Made by a program: the position numbers and the translations under genes. Shown in pieces: positions 1 through 8,669 of a stretch of DNA of 31,340 nt. The notes under the pieces were generated by a model, which saw nothing but the letters and a program-made list of their open reading frames with translations, was not told where the DNA came from and ran no database searches. Source of the DNA: a virus. Its lineage: Duplodnaviria > Caudoviricetes. Position 1 is the first letter of the stretch, and each line of letters begins with the position of its first letter. The stretch is taken from positions 1-31,340 of the IMG/VR virus record IMGVR_UViG_3300025888_000024; one strand, given 5' to 3'.

Positions 1-462
1 CCCGCCGGTATCACCAACTCAATCCAGGGTTGGTTCGGCAGCCACGTCTCGCACCCGATTATCGGCTTGCCCACGGCTGCGAACCCTATTTATACTGCAA
101 GTGGTGTCACCACCAGTCTCAATCAGTGGTTCGGCAGCCACGTCTCGCACCCGATTATCGGTGCGCCCAGCACGCAGGCTTCTCCGTTGGTCAAACATTC
201 CAGCGCGGACGAAGCGGGCGCATATGTGGCCAACGAAGTCGTCGGTGGGATTCAGAGCGCCTTCGACACGCAGAGGACTCACCCCGTCGTCGGCGGTGCC
301 TCTGCCACCCCCGCGAAACTCAATCCGCTGACACTCGGCGGCGGTTCGCCGACTCTCATCACCGTGCCGCTGTATCTCGACGGGAAGCTTATCGCGAAGT
401 CCGTCTCCAGTTACCAGGGCAGCCAAGCCAATGCGCGTGCGCGTTCAGGAGGTCTCTACTAA
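1..462 (+). CDS. Tape measure protein, C-terminal part (5'-truncated by the window)
   Basis: Frame 1 is open from base 1 to TAA 460-462. It has a 32-aa-spaced repeat WFGSHVSHPIIG and the C-terminal ITVPLYLDGKLIAKSV typical of TMP ends, and lies directly upstream of the Dit-like gene. Confidence 0.75.
   Translation, partial: PAGITNSIQGWFGSHVSHPIIGLPTAANPIYTASGVTTSLNQWFGSHVSHPIIGAPSTQASPLVKHSSADEAGAYVANEVVGGIQSAFDTQRTHPVVGGASATPAKLNPLTLGGGSPTLITVPLYLDGKLIAKSVSSYQGSQANARARSGGLY
31..161 (+). repeat. 35-bp exact direct repeat (31-65 and 127-161) in the TMP gene
   Basis: tggttcggcagccacgtctcgcacccgattatcgg occurs twice, 96 bp apart, in frame. Confidence 0.9.
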
Positions 463-3400
463 TGTCAGATAGCGTCAAGTTCGTCGATTTCGCATGGTCA
501 ACTAGCGGGGGAGCCGCCGGAAATACTTTCTTGGACATCAATGATTCGGTGAAATATTGTATCGATGAAATCGAATTCGCTCCCGCAAAGCCTCGCTTCG
601 AGTTCAGGGACCCTTCCCACGGCGACGGACGCGACGTTTCCCGTTACAAGCACGAGAACCGCGAAGTAAAACTCACCCTCCACGTTTTCGGGACTTCCGA
701 AGCCGACCTCTACGAGAACGCTCGCGCTCTTTGGGCGCAACTCATGGCAGACGCGCCTATCCTTGAATGGATTCCTACCCTAGCCGCCGACCCTCTCTAC
801 ATCGACCTCATCTCGCCGCCGACACAGATAGACCCTTCCCGTTGGTTTGAGACTTGGATTCGCGATAACAACCTCTATGTCATTCCGTCCATCGTCCTGT
901 CTCTCGAAGCGAAGCCGTTTCTCCGCGCCCCCGAAGAAAGTCTCGAAATCCTCTACGGACTCGGGCCGAATGATTCTTTCGAGCGACGCACTGTAAACGA
1001 TTTGGACAACTGGCTTGAAACCGTCGTCGCCTCTGGAACTGTCACCGCTGATACGACGAACTTCCTTGACGGGCCGGTAGGTTGCAAACTCACCACCACC
1101 GGAGCCGGAGACTCGGCTTATATAACCGGCGACGATTATCTCCTCGTTAATGAGAATCACCACTTCGCTTTGCAGTGTTATTGCTACAGAGTTTCAGGTG
1201 CGCCGACTCTTGACGTTGACCTTGTCTGTTATAACGACGTGGGAGCGGTTCTCGGTACCCTTTATCCTCTCGTTGCCTACGCGGGAATCGCGACCACCTG
1301 GATCGAGGCAATGGAGGTCGGGGGCTCTGTCGTCATCAACCCCTCGTCTTTCAGTTCTGCGATGAAGTTCCCCGTCGGGACAACGAAGGTCAAACGAGTG
1401 ATTCGTCAGGACGCGGCAGCTGCGGGTGTCATGACCGTAGATAAACTGTGGTTTGGCGACACTGAGTATATCGCGGGATACAAGCCAAACGGGGCTGTGG
1501 GCATTGTCGTGCCTCCCGAAGATACGTTGGGCGACGTGCCCGCACTGGCTGACTTGTATTTCACGAGTTCCTCAAATCCCACTCCTTCGGGAGTGGCGTG
1601 GACTTCGCAAACAAGTGGGACCACCTACTCGTTTAACGCCGTCTCGGCATTAGACGCTACTCACGTTTGGGCGGTAGGCGATTCAGGGACAGAGCAGTTT
1701 TTCAACGGCACGTCCTGGGCAGACCAGCACCCGATGAATTTCGAACTCCTGGCCAACCCCGGCCTCGAAAGTTGGTTCGGCGTTCCTCCATCACCGTCCA
1801 ACTGGAGTTTCCTGGGGGGAAGCCGTGCGAATCAAGAAGGCAATGACCACCAGCATAGCGGCAACTATTGCTGGGCCGCGCTCCTGGACGCAGGCCATCC
1901 TTATGGCCAGAGGATTATTCTTGCCCCGGTTGCAGTCCCGGCGAAACCTGGCTGCGTGTATGACTTGTCTATATATTTCTGCGGTAACTCATCCCAATAT
2001 GCGGGTTTTCTCTACGCCTTTTTTTACGATGCTAATGGCACCCCACTATTGGAGACGAGTGTTGACTCCAACTGGGCATACGGAATGTACCAGCAACTTT
2101 CTGGAACGGCAACCGCCCCGGCTGACACGGTTGCCATAGAACTGCGTCTCTATCTCAATGCCAACGACGGGTCTAACCGCGACGAGTTTCTCACTTACGT
2201 CGATGACGCCTCAATCAAGGAAGTTGCCGGGCCCGACTTTCTCGCTGTCTCAGCATTTGACGCTACTCACGTTTGGGCGGTCGGAATTGGCGGTGAAATA
2301 GAATTCAGCGCGAACGGTAGCACGTGGGTTTCTCAGGCCAGCGGCCATACTCATGCTCTCTACGGCGTCGCGGCTGTTAGTGCCTCCAGTGTCTACGCGG
2401 TGGGAGTGGGCGGCTGCATCGCGCATTTTAACGGTTCGGCGTGGAGTCACGTCTATGTCGGCTCTCAAAATTTCCGCGCAATCTATGCTTTCGATTCCAC
2501 TCACATCTGGGCTGTTGGCGACAACGGGATTATTTATTTCTTCAATGGCACTACCTGGACTCGGCAAACAAGTGGGACCACCTTGGGTTTGGGCGGTGTT
2601 CACTCTTTCGATTCTACGCATATCTGGGCCGTGGGCAATACTGGTAAAATCCTATTTTCTGCCGATGCGGGAGTAACCTGGACTCCGCAGACGAGCGGAA
2701 CGACCAAGAACCTCTGGTCTGTATACGCCGCTGATGCTACTCATGTTTGGGCAGTTGGGGTTGCTGGAGTAATCCTTTTCTTCAACGGCATATCATGGAC
2801 ATCGCAGAACTCATACACGGTAGAGACTCTCGGGGGAGTCGAAGGGATAAGCGCAACTTCGGCTTGGGCAGTCGGTGATATTGGGACAATCCGTCACCTC
2901 GCCGTTGTCCCGAATACCGGCGTGCCTTTTACCAACCTCATCGCCGGACAACGCCCGACCTTCTCTCCTGATTACGACCCCGTGAAAGACGCTGTCGGCG
3001 CGACACTGACGAACCTCTATACGCGACGGAATCAGAAGTACCGCTCAATGGCGGTAGGCGCAGGAACACTCACGGAGGACTTCTCTTTCAACATCGCCTC
3101 CCACGAAGGGCGCTACCTCGTCTCCGCTTCTATGGGTTTCGCGGTGGACACCGCGGACGCGAAGGCAAACGCTATTGTCAACTACAAACTCCAGACCTTG
3201 GGCGGGACGGACATCACCACGGACATTCAGACGGATTCGGTGTTCGCGGGAGACCAGACGACTTACGCGGCGAAGTTCCGAGAGGTCGCGCTAAACCCGT
3301 GGTCATCTCTTGCCAGGTGGGCGGTCAAGACATTCCCGTCATTTCAGATTGGAGACTCAGCGTCGAAGGGCAACATTAGTCAGGTCGTGCAGATAAGCCA

Positions 3401-3731
3401 AGGTGCGGCTGACGACCAGGCCGAGTGGTTGGACTATTGCGCGATAATCCCCATTGACTCCTATGTCGAAATCGACGACTGGACCGCAAGCGCGATGATA
3501 CTGGATTCGTCCATGGGTTTGGTACTCGCGTCTCTCGACGGTTCACAGGACACCGCGCAAGTTTTCCCACGGTCAAAGGTTAAGGGTCTCCCGCAGTTCC
3601 ATGCCAACCCCAATGGTATCAACATGACGCTCATTCAGATTACCGAAGTCACGAACGACCAACGGGCAAACAGTTTCTGCAATATCGTGATGAGATATTC
3701 GCCGCTCTATATTCTGGTACCGGAGGGATAA
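462..3731 (+). CDS. Distal tail (Dit)-like protein with inserted carbohydrate-binding modules and a beta-propeller (about 1089 aa)
   Basis: True start is probably ATG 462 (TAATG overlap with TMP, AGGAGG at 447-452), not 30. N-terminus is Dit-like (REVKLTLHVFGTSEADL). CBM-like segments (PNDSFE..W; LLANPGLESW...YVDDASIK) and about 7 DATHVWAVG..G.I.FFNG.SW repeats follow. Confidence 0.7.
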   Translation: MSDSVKFVDFAWSTSGGAAGNTFLDINDSVKYCIDEIEFAPAKPRFEFRDPSHGDGRDVSRYKHENREVKLTLHVFGTSEADLYENARALWAQLMADAPILEWIPTLAADPLYIDLISPPTQIDPSRWFETWIRDNNLYVIPSIVLSLEAKPFLRAPEESLEILYGLGPNDSFERRTVNDLDNWLETVVASGTVTADTTNFLDGPVGCKLTTTGAGDSAYITGDDYLLVNENHHFALQCYCYRVSGAPTLDVDLVCYNDVGAVLGTLYPLVAYAGIATTWIEAMEVGGSVVINPSSFSSAMKFPVGTTKVKRVIRQDAAAAGVMTVDKLWFGDTEYIAGYKPNGAVGIVVPPEDTLGDVPALADLYFTSSSNPTPSGVAWTSQTSGTTYSFNAVSALDATHVWAVGDSGTEQFFNGTSWADQHPMNFELLANPGLESWFGVPPSPSNWSFLGGSRANQEGNDHQHSGNYCWAALLDAGHPYGQRIILAPVAVPAKPGCVYDLSIYFCGNSSQYAGFLYAFFYDANGTPLLETSVDSNWAYGMYQQLSGTATAPADTVAIELRLYLNANDGSNRDEFLTYVDDASIKEVAGPDFLAVSAFDATHVWAVGIGGEIEFSANGSTWVSQASGHTHALYGVAAVSASSVYAVGVGGCIAHFNGSAWSHVYVGSQNFRAIYAFDSTHIWAVGDNGIIYFFNGTTWTRQTSGTTLGLGGVHSFDSTHIWAVGNTGKILFSADAGVTWTPQTSGTTKNLWSVYAADATHVWAVGVAGVILFFNGISWTSQNSYTVETLGGVEGISATSAWAVGDIGTIRHLAVVPNTGVPFTNLIAGQRPTFSPDYDPVKDAVGATLTNLYTRRNQKYRSMAVGAGTLTEDFSFNIASHEGRYLVSASMGFAVDTADAKANAIVNYKLQTLGGTDITTDIQTDSVFAGDQTTYAAKFREVALNPWSSLARWAVKTFPSFQIGDSASKGNISQVVQISQGAADDQAEWLDYCAIIPIDSYVEIDDWTASAMILDSSMGLVLASLDGSQDTAQVFPRSKVKGLPQFHANPNGINMTLIQITEVTNDQRANSFCNIVMRYSPLYILVPEG

Positions 3732-3991
3732 TGGGGTTTCTCGGGACGATAAAGGTTTTTACCGACGTTGGATATGTCCTTGACGCTTCCTCGTCGCTTG
3801 ACTTCTTGGACGGGGATGTCTGGGCGTGGACGGCTCCGATCCCAACTCCTGTCATTCCGCAAATGGGGTTTCTCGGGACGATAAAGGTTTTTTCTGATGT
3901 CGGATATGTCAACGTCCTTGACGTTTTCTCGTCGCCCAACTTCTTGGACGGGGATGTCTGGGCGTGGACGGCTCCGATCCCAACTCCTGTC
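3731..3991 (+). repeat. Imperfect tandem duplication of about 125 bp (3731-3853 / 3863-3991)
   Basis: First 30 bp and last ~47 bp are identical; the middle differs mostly by C/T changes and one 6-bp indel. Confidence 0.9.
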
Positions 3992-4042
3992 GTTTCGCCT
4001 TCCGTCGTTCCGCAAAGATTTTTGCTCTGGCCAAGGGGTTAG
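3731..4042 (+). CDS. Small tail-region protein made of a tandem 44-aa duplication
   Basis: TAATG-coupled to the upstream gene with GGAGG upstream; two copies of MGFLGTIKVF...DFLDGDVWAWTAPIPTPV. Confidence 0.6.
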   Translation: MGFLGTIKVFTDVGYVLDASSSLDFLDGDVWAWTAPIPTPVIPQMGFLGTIKVFSDVGYVNVLDVFSSPNFLDGDVWAWTAPIPTPVVSPSVVPQRFLLWPRG

Positions 4043-4044
4043 CG

Positions 4045-6630
4045 ATGTCTGTTTGGACTGACTTTGGTGGGCCGACATGGATATATAACACAGGATATGA
4101 CGCTGTTCGTGGCATCCTGTATACCGGCCTATATGGGTGGGCTGGCGGGCTTGGGTTTGACGAACATGACGGCGGGGTCTGGGCGTATGATGGCACAACC
4201 TGGACTGATATCACTCTTGGTACCACGTTGGATGGAGACATTGTCTGGACTCTGCTTTACGTTCCCGAGCGTGACCTGCTTTATGCGGGAGTATCTTCCG
4301 GTGGAGTCTGGAGTTACGACGGTTCAACCTGGACCGACCTTGGCGGAGCGATAACCGATTATGAGGTCTGGAGCCTTGCCTACGATCCGGTTCATGACCG
4401 GCTTTATGCTGGCACGGGGAATTGGTCTCCTGACAATGGCATAGCCGAGGGCGTTTGGAAATACGATGGAGCGACATGGACGCTGGTAAGTTCCGTGATG
4501 GGCGGTGCAAACTTACTCTCCGCTGCCAACTGTTCTTTTGAAACGAGTACCGGAACCTGGCAAGCAGCCTTCAGCACTTGCACCATCGCCAACAGTACCG
4601 ACTGGGCGAGTGTCGGCACACACAGCCTCAAGATAACTCCTATTGCCGGTAAAAAACCGTGGGTCGTGGATAATGTCACGGCGGTCACGGCGGCGGCGAC
4701 TCCATATACCGTCACATGTAAGTTCAGGGGCATCGCTGGTCGGTATTACAACATCACGGCCTACGATGACGTTACGGGATTGCAGGGTGGCACGGCTATC
4801 CTATCCGACGGGACCGAGCAGAGGCTTGCTTTCACCGGCCAGTTCGGAGCGGCTTCCACCTACCGACAGGTCGGCGTGGTGGCTTGGGAAAACCACGCAG
4901 TCGGTGAATATGTCTACATGGACGACGTTCAAATCGTGGCGGGGATAGACGTAGCGACGTTATCTGTTACTTACCTGGCCTTTGACCCTAACCACAACAT
5001 TCTCTATGCGGGGCCGGAGACTTACTACAGCGGCATGGCAGGCGTGTGGGCCTGTGCGAATCCCGATACCACTCCTGTCTGGACTCAGTTCCCCGATGCT
5101 GACGTTGACCATCATCATCTGTGGGTGATCACTTACGACACGGTTGATGATGTGCTGTACGCAGGCGCGTATCAAAACGTCGGTGTAAATGCCGCCATCG
5201 GGATATTGCATTATGACGGTTCTTCTTGGGTTAACCTGGGCCTGACTGACGAGAGTATCTGGTATCTCGTCTATGACGCCACGTACCGAAGATTATACGT
5301 CGAAACAAGCTCCGCAGAGATTTGGATTTGTAGAGATGGCGCGTGGGAAAGCGTTGTCGGACCCCCCAGCATCAGAAATCAATCTCTAGATGTTATGGCT
5401 AACGGTGGGATAATTGTAAGTACGTGGGAAGAGGGGGTTTGGTTCACGGCAAACCCCGCATGGACAGCCCCGATCCCCCTGGTACCGCCACCGTACCCGG
5501 TGACGACTTACAAGCAACGGAACGCATACATCATCGTCCAGAACATGGCGGGGACGTCGACCCTCGCGGAACTCTCAGAGCAGATGCCCGACCAGCAACC
5601 GGCGGTCAATCTTTTTGAAGACTTGACCTTCGAGAGTTGCAACCCCGGGGGATTTACCACCGCCTCGTTCGTCCTGCACCGTCCCGTCAATCAATACTGG
5701 CCTGACATACTCCACCGAAATCGTATCATCATCGGCGAAGGGGCTACGGTATTTTGGGAGGGCTTTATCGACCGCCCCACGAGAAAGATTCGCCCCGACA
5801 CGATTGACGTAGCGTGTCAAGGTTGGTCTGCAAGGCTGAACGAACTGTGGGCGACCGCTGATATCACGGTAGACGTGACGACAGACCATCTCTCGGAGTT
5901 CCTCATCAACGTCGTCTTGGCGGACGCCGGGCTCTCCTCGGAGATAGTGGCTGGGACAATAGAGACGGGCGACTATGATTATCCCGACGGCACTGTATGG
6001 AAGTTTGCGCCCGCGACGTTCTATTCCGACTGTATCTCGCAGCTGAACGCCGGGAACGGTTATGACTGGGGCGTGTGGCTAGACCACAAACTGGACTTCA
6101 AGGCGAAGGCACCCACTGTCGTCAAGTGGCTTGTCAAAACTTCTGACTGTGAAGACCTCGCTATCGCCCCCAACCCCGACGCCCTCTGTAATTACGTTCT
6201 GGTGGACTACACGCAGGACGGGACTCTTCATCTGCAGGTCATGGTAACCGATGCTACTAGTCCATATAGCCCCATCAAAAAGAAGATAGCCGTACCGGGG
6301 AAAATCACGACGGCGGGTGCTACACAAATCGCCAACCTCTACCTCGCTAGTTGCAAAGACCTCCACGTCGCGGGCGAGTTTACCTGCAGTCGAATCTTCG
6401 ACATCGACGGCGCGGAACATCACCTCGGAGAGGTCAGGGGCGGGGAAAACTTGACACTCGTGCCGTGGCTCCCGACAGAGGAAACGCTAACGGGTGTTAA
6501 TGACATAGCCACGTTTCAAATTAAGACAGCAAAATATGACCACGCCGGGCCCACGTTGGACATCACCCCGACAGAGTTTCTCCCAGCCACGGATATACAA
6601 ATTGCACGGCTACAAGCGACGGGATACTAG
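4045..6630 (+). CDS. Tail tip/baseplate hub (Tal-like) protein with N-terminal beta-propeller and CBM (about 861 aa)
   Basis: ATG 4045 after AAGGGG. Propeller repeats (LAYDP..DRLYAG..GVW.YDG.TW) with an inserted CBM-like block (NLLSAANCSFE...YMDDVQI). C-terminal region resembles siphophage hub proteins (LTFESCNPGGFTTASF; VFWEGFID; VACQGW). Confidence 0.65.
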   Translation: MSVWTDFGGPTWIYNTGYDAVRGILYTGLYGWAGGLGFDEHDGGVWAYDGTTWTDITLGTTLDGDIVWTLLYVPERDLLYAGVSSGGVWSYDGSTWTDLGGAITDYEVWSLAYDPVHDRLYAGTGNWSPDNGIAEGVWKYDGATWTLVSSVMGGANLLSAANCSFETSTGTWQAAFSTCTIANSTDWASVGTHSLKITPIAGKKPWVVDNVTAVTAAATPYTVTCKFRGIAGRYYNITAYDDVTGLQGGTAILSDGTEQRLAFTGQFGAASTYRQVGVVAWENHAVGEYVYMDDVQIVAGIDVATLSVTYLAFDPNHNILYAGPETYYSGMAGVWACANPDTTPVWTQFPDADVDHHHLWVITYDTVDDVLYAGAYQNVGVNAAIGILHYDGSSWVNLGLTDESIWYLVYDATYRRLYVETSSAEIWICRDGAWESVVGPPSIRNQSLDVMANGGIIVSTWEEGVWFTANPAWTAPIPLVPPPYPVTTYKQRNAYIIVQNMAGTSTLAELSEQMPDQQPAVNLFEDLTFESCNPGGFTTASFVLHRPVNQYWPDILHRNRIIIGEGATVFWEGFIDRPTRKIRPDTIDVACQGWSARLNELWATADITVDVTTDHLSEFLINVVLADAGLSSEIVAGTIETGDYDYPDGTVWKFAPATFYSDCISQLNAGNGYDWGVWLDHKLDFKAKAPTVVKWLVKTSDCEDLAIAPNPDALCNYVLVDYTQDGTLHLQVMVTDATSPYSPIKKKIAVPGKITTAGATQIANLYLASCKDLHVAGEFTCSRIFDIDGAEHHLGEVRGGENLTLVPWLPTEETLTGVNDIATFQIKTAKYDHAGPTLDITPTEFLPATDIQIARLQATGY

Positions 6631-6642
6631 AAAGGCAAACCG

Positions 6643-6978
6643 ATGACGGCACAAAATAATGAGTTTTCCTACCGCGATGGCGTGAGTCTCAAGGAATATA
6701 TCGACATGCAACTATGTAGCGTCCGCGACCAACTAGGGTCAATTGAAAAACTGCACAACGTGATGGTTGAAAACATCGAGGAGGCCACCACCTTGGCCAG
6801 GGTCGGCATAGAACGCAGACTGGAAGCCATTAGTGAGAAGATTGACACCCTCTCAATTTCAAAAGCCACGCTTGAAGGCAAGGCTTCTCAGAAATCGGTT
6901 TCAATTGCAATGGTATTTTCAAGTATCACCGTCCTGATTTCAATCTTCGCGCTAGTCATTGTGCTAGTCGTGAAATGA
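6643..6978 (+). CDS. Membrane protein with coiled coil and C-terminal TM helix (holin-like)
   Basis: Hydrophobic C-terminus SIAMVFSSITVLISIFALVIVLVVK; sits between the tail genes and the endolysin. Confidence 0.55.
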   Translation: MTAQNNEFSYRDGVSLKEYIDMQLCSVRDQLGSIEKLHNVMVENIEEATTLARVGIERRLEAISEKIDTLSISKATLEGKASQKSVSIAMVFSSITVLISIFALVIVLVVK

Positions 6979-6999
6979 AAACCTACCGCCGTTGGAAGC

Positions 7000-7023
7000 G
7001 CCGCCTAGTGAGGCGGCTTTTTT
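7000..7023 (+). terminator. Rho-independent terminator before the endolysin
   Basis: GCCGCCT-agtg-AGGCGGC followed by TTTTTT. Confidence 0.75.
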
Positions 7024-7050
7024 ACATGATTTTTGTATTGGAGGACTGAC

Positions 7051-7890
7051 ATGCCAACAGCGCAAGACATTCTGAACGTAGCCCGGAGTCTTATCGGAGT
7101 ACACGAAACCCCGCCAAGTTCAAACATCGCTCACCCCATTACTGATTGGGCGGCGGCATACGGATGGTCTGCGCCAGATGCGTGGTGCGCGTGGAAGGTA
7201 TCTTATGACTTCTGGCACGTAGCAGGCGGCAAGGAATTGATACACGGCGCCGCTACGGGCGGCTCATGGGTCTTCCGCGACAATGGCCAAAAGTACGGCG
7301 AGATAATTGGTGGCCCGGCAGTCGGAGCGATAGACGTGATGAAGTACGCAAGCGATACGACAGGCGCGCCGACAAGTCATGTGGGTATCGTTGAGTCCGT
7401 GAACCGTGATGGAACGTGGACTAACATCGAGGGCAATCACCAAGACCAGGTTATGCGTGTTCCACGGTCAGCGCAGGCAGGAACGCAACACTGGTTTATC
7501 CTACCGAAGTATTCAGCAACACCAAAGGAGGAGGACGAAGTGGGAATATCACAGACAGAAAAAGAACTAGCCCCAGGGCAGACATGGATGACAATGGCCT
7601 TCGGCAATCCAGCGCAACATGCGTACTGTTTTCTCGGTCTCATTAACAGGCAACAGGCCGCGCCGGCGAAAGTGAAAATCACCATTCAGGTGGGCCCGAG
7701 CGGAGGCTTCGGTACCAGGGAAATGTCGGTGCCTATCAGCACGGGAGCTCCCGGCCACGTTAGTTTTGGGTTGCAGGTGCCAGAGGTGGGGCAGTTGTTT
7801 GGCAACGCAAACTTGGGCGACTACTTGCTTTGGATAACCGCTGTCGACCAGCCCATAACCGTTGTCAAGACGCAGTCACTAATCGTTTAG
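7051..7890 (+). CDS. Endolysin, N-terminal CHAP domain plus C-terminal putative cell-surface-binding domain
   Basis: GGAGG upstream of ATG 7051; CHAP motifs AWCAWKVS and SHVGIVESV...TNIEGN. Confidence 0.85.
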   Translation: MPTAQDILNVARSLIGVHETPPSSNIAHPITDWAAAYGWSAPDAWCAWKVSYDFWHVAGGKELIHGAATGGSWVFRDNGQKYGEIIGGPAVGAIDVMKYASDTTGAPTSHVGIVESVNRDGTWTNIEGNHQDQVMRVPRSAQAGTQHWFILPKYSATPKEEDEVGISQTEKELAPGQTWMTMAFGNPAQHAYCFLGLINRQQAAPAKVKITIQVGPSGGFGTREMSVPISTGAPGHVSFGLQVPEVGQLFGNANLGDYLLWITAVDQPITVVKTQSLIV

Positions 7891-7902
7891 GAGGTGTAGA
7901 TT

Positions 7903-8166
7903 ATGACCAAAACACAGACGTTCATAGCTTCCATGACCGCGCTGATTATCGGCGCGGGGCTGCTCGTGGCGGGGATCATCATTAGAGAGACGGTTATGTC
8001 CGCTACTGGCTCTGGCTTGATAGGCGTGGGCATCGGTGGACTCGGACTGCCGCGCCCTACCGATGTTTCAACATCCGTTGAAACCGTCCCCACGGCGAGT
8101 ACTATCGTCCCCGATCCCGTACAGGACCTGATACTCCTGTCCACTCCTACTGACACGCCAGTCTGA
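7903..8166 (+). CDS. Small two-TM membrane protein, probable holin
   Basis: AGGAGGTG RBS; two hydrophobic segments; directly after the endolysin. Confidence 0.6.
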   Translation: MTKTQTFIASMTALIIGAGLLVAGIIIRETVMSATGSGLIGVGIGGLGLPRPTDVSTSVETVPTASTIVPDPVQDLILLSTPTDTPV

Positions 8167-8345
8167 TGGACCGCTCAACGTACAAGGCCGCTCGAAGGGC
8201 AATCTTCGTCAATGCTCTTAAGATATTCGCTGACGGGCTCTACGGCCTGCGAATGACGGCGAATGAGGAAGCATGCCTCGAAGAGATGCTGAGCGACGAC
8301 GACAATCTAATTGACGTGGAGTTGGAGGATGAAGATGAGACTTGA
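8166..8345 (+). CDS. Hypothetical 59-aa protein with acidic tail (not in the ORF track)
   Basis: TGATG coupling; MDRSTYKAARRAIFVNALKIFADG...DDDNLIDVELEDEDET*. Confidence 0.6.
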   Translation: MDRSTYKAARRAIFVNALKIFADGLYGLRMTANEEACLEEMLSDDDNLIDVELEDEDET

Positions 8346-8652
8346 ACGCGACGACTTCATCATCCAGTCTATCCCGTGGGAAGTGCGCGTCATCCCAGGC
8401 GGCGACTCTCGAATCACCGACTGCTCGGGCATGGCCGACTTCGGGAACTACGTTATCTTCATCTGCGGCGATATGCCACCCGAAGAACAACTCGAAACAC
8501 TCTGCCACGAAGTCCTGCATGTACTTGTCAGGGGGCGTGAGAAGTGTGACCTGACCCGCGAGGACGACTTGCGGATACTCAGCGTCATGCTGGCTGATAC
8601 GTTCCTTAGAAACAGACTATCATTCGCGCCCGATGACGAGCGCGGCTGGTAA
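8335..8652 (+). CDS. Small HEXXH zinc metallopeptidase-like protein
   Basis: GGAGG at 8324-8328, ATG 8335; ETLCHEVLH motif. Confidence 0.65.
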   Translation: MRLERDDFIIQSIPWEVRVIPGGDSRITDCSGMADFGNYVIFICGDMPPEEQLETLCHEVLHVLVRGREKCDLTREDDLRILSVMLADTFLRNRLSFAPDDERGW

Positions 8653-8669
8653 GACCCCGGGAGGTACTT

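Noticed and set aside
31-161. CRISPR mini-array from the 35-bp repeat
   Set aside because: Only two copies, in frame within the TMP coding sequence, 61-bp spacer, no cas genes.
30-461. N-terminal 144 aa of the 1233-aa ORF
   Set aside because: It overlaps the TMP frame; the RBS and TAATG coupling point to ATG 462.
3731-3991. Diversity-generating retroelement TR/VR pair
   Set aside because: Differences are mostly C/T and include an indel rather than adenine-specific changes; no reverse transcriptase in the window.
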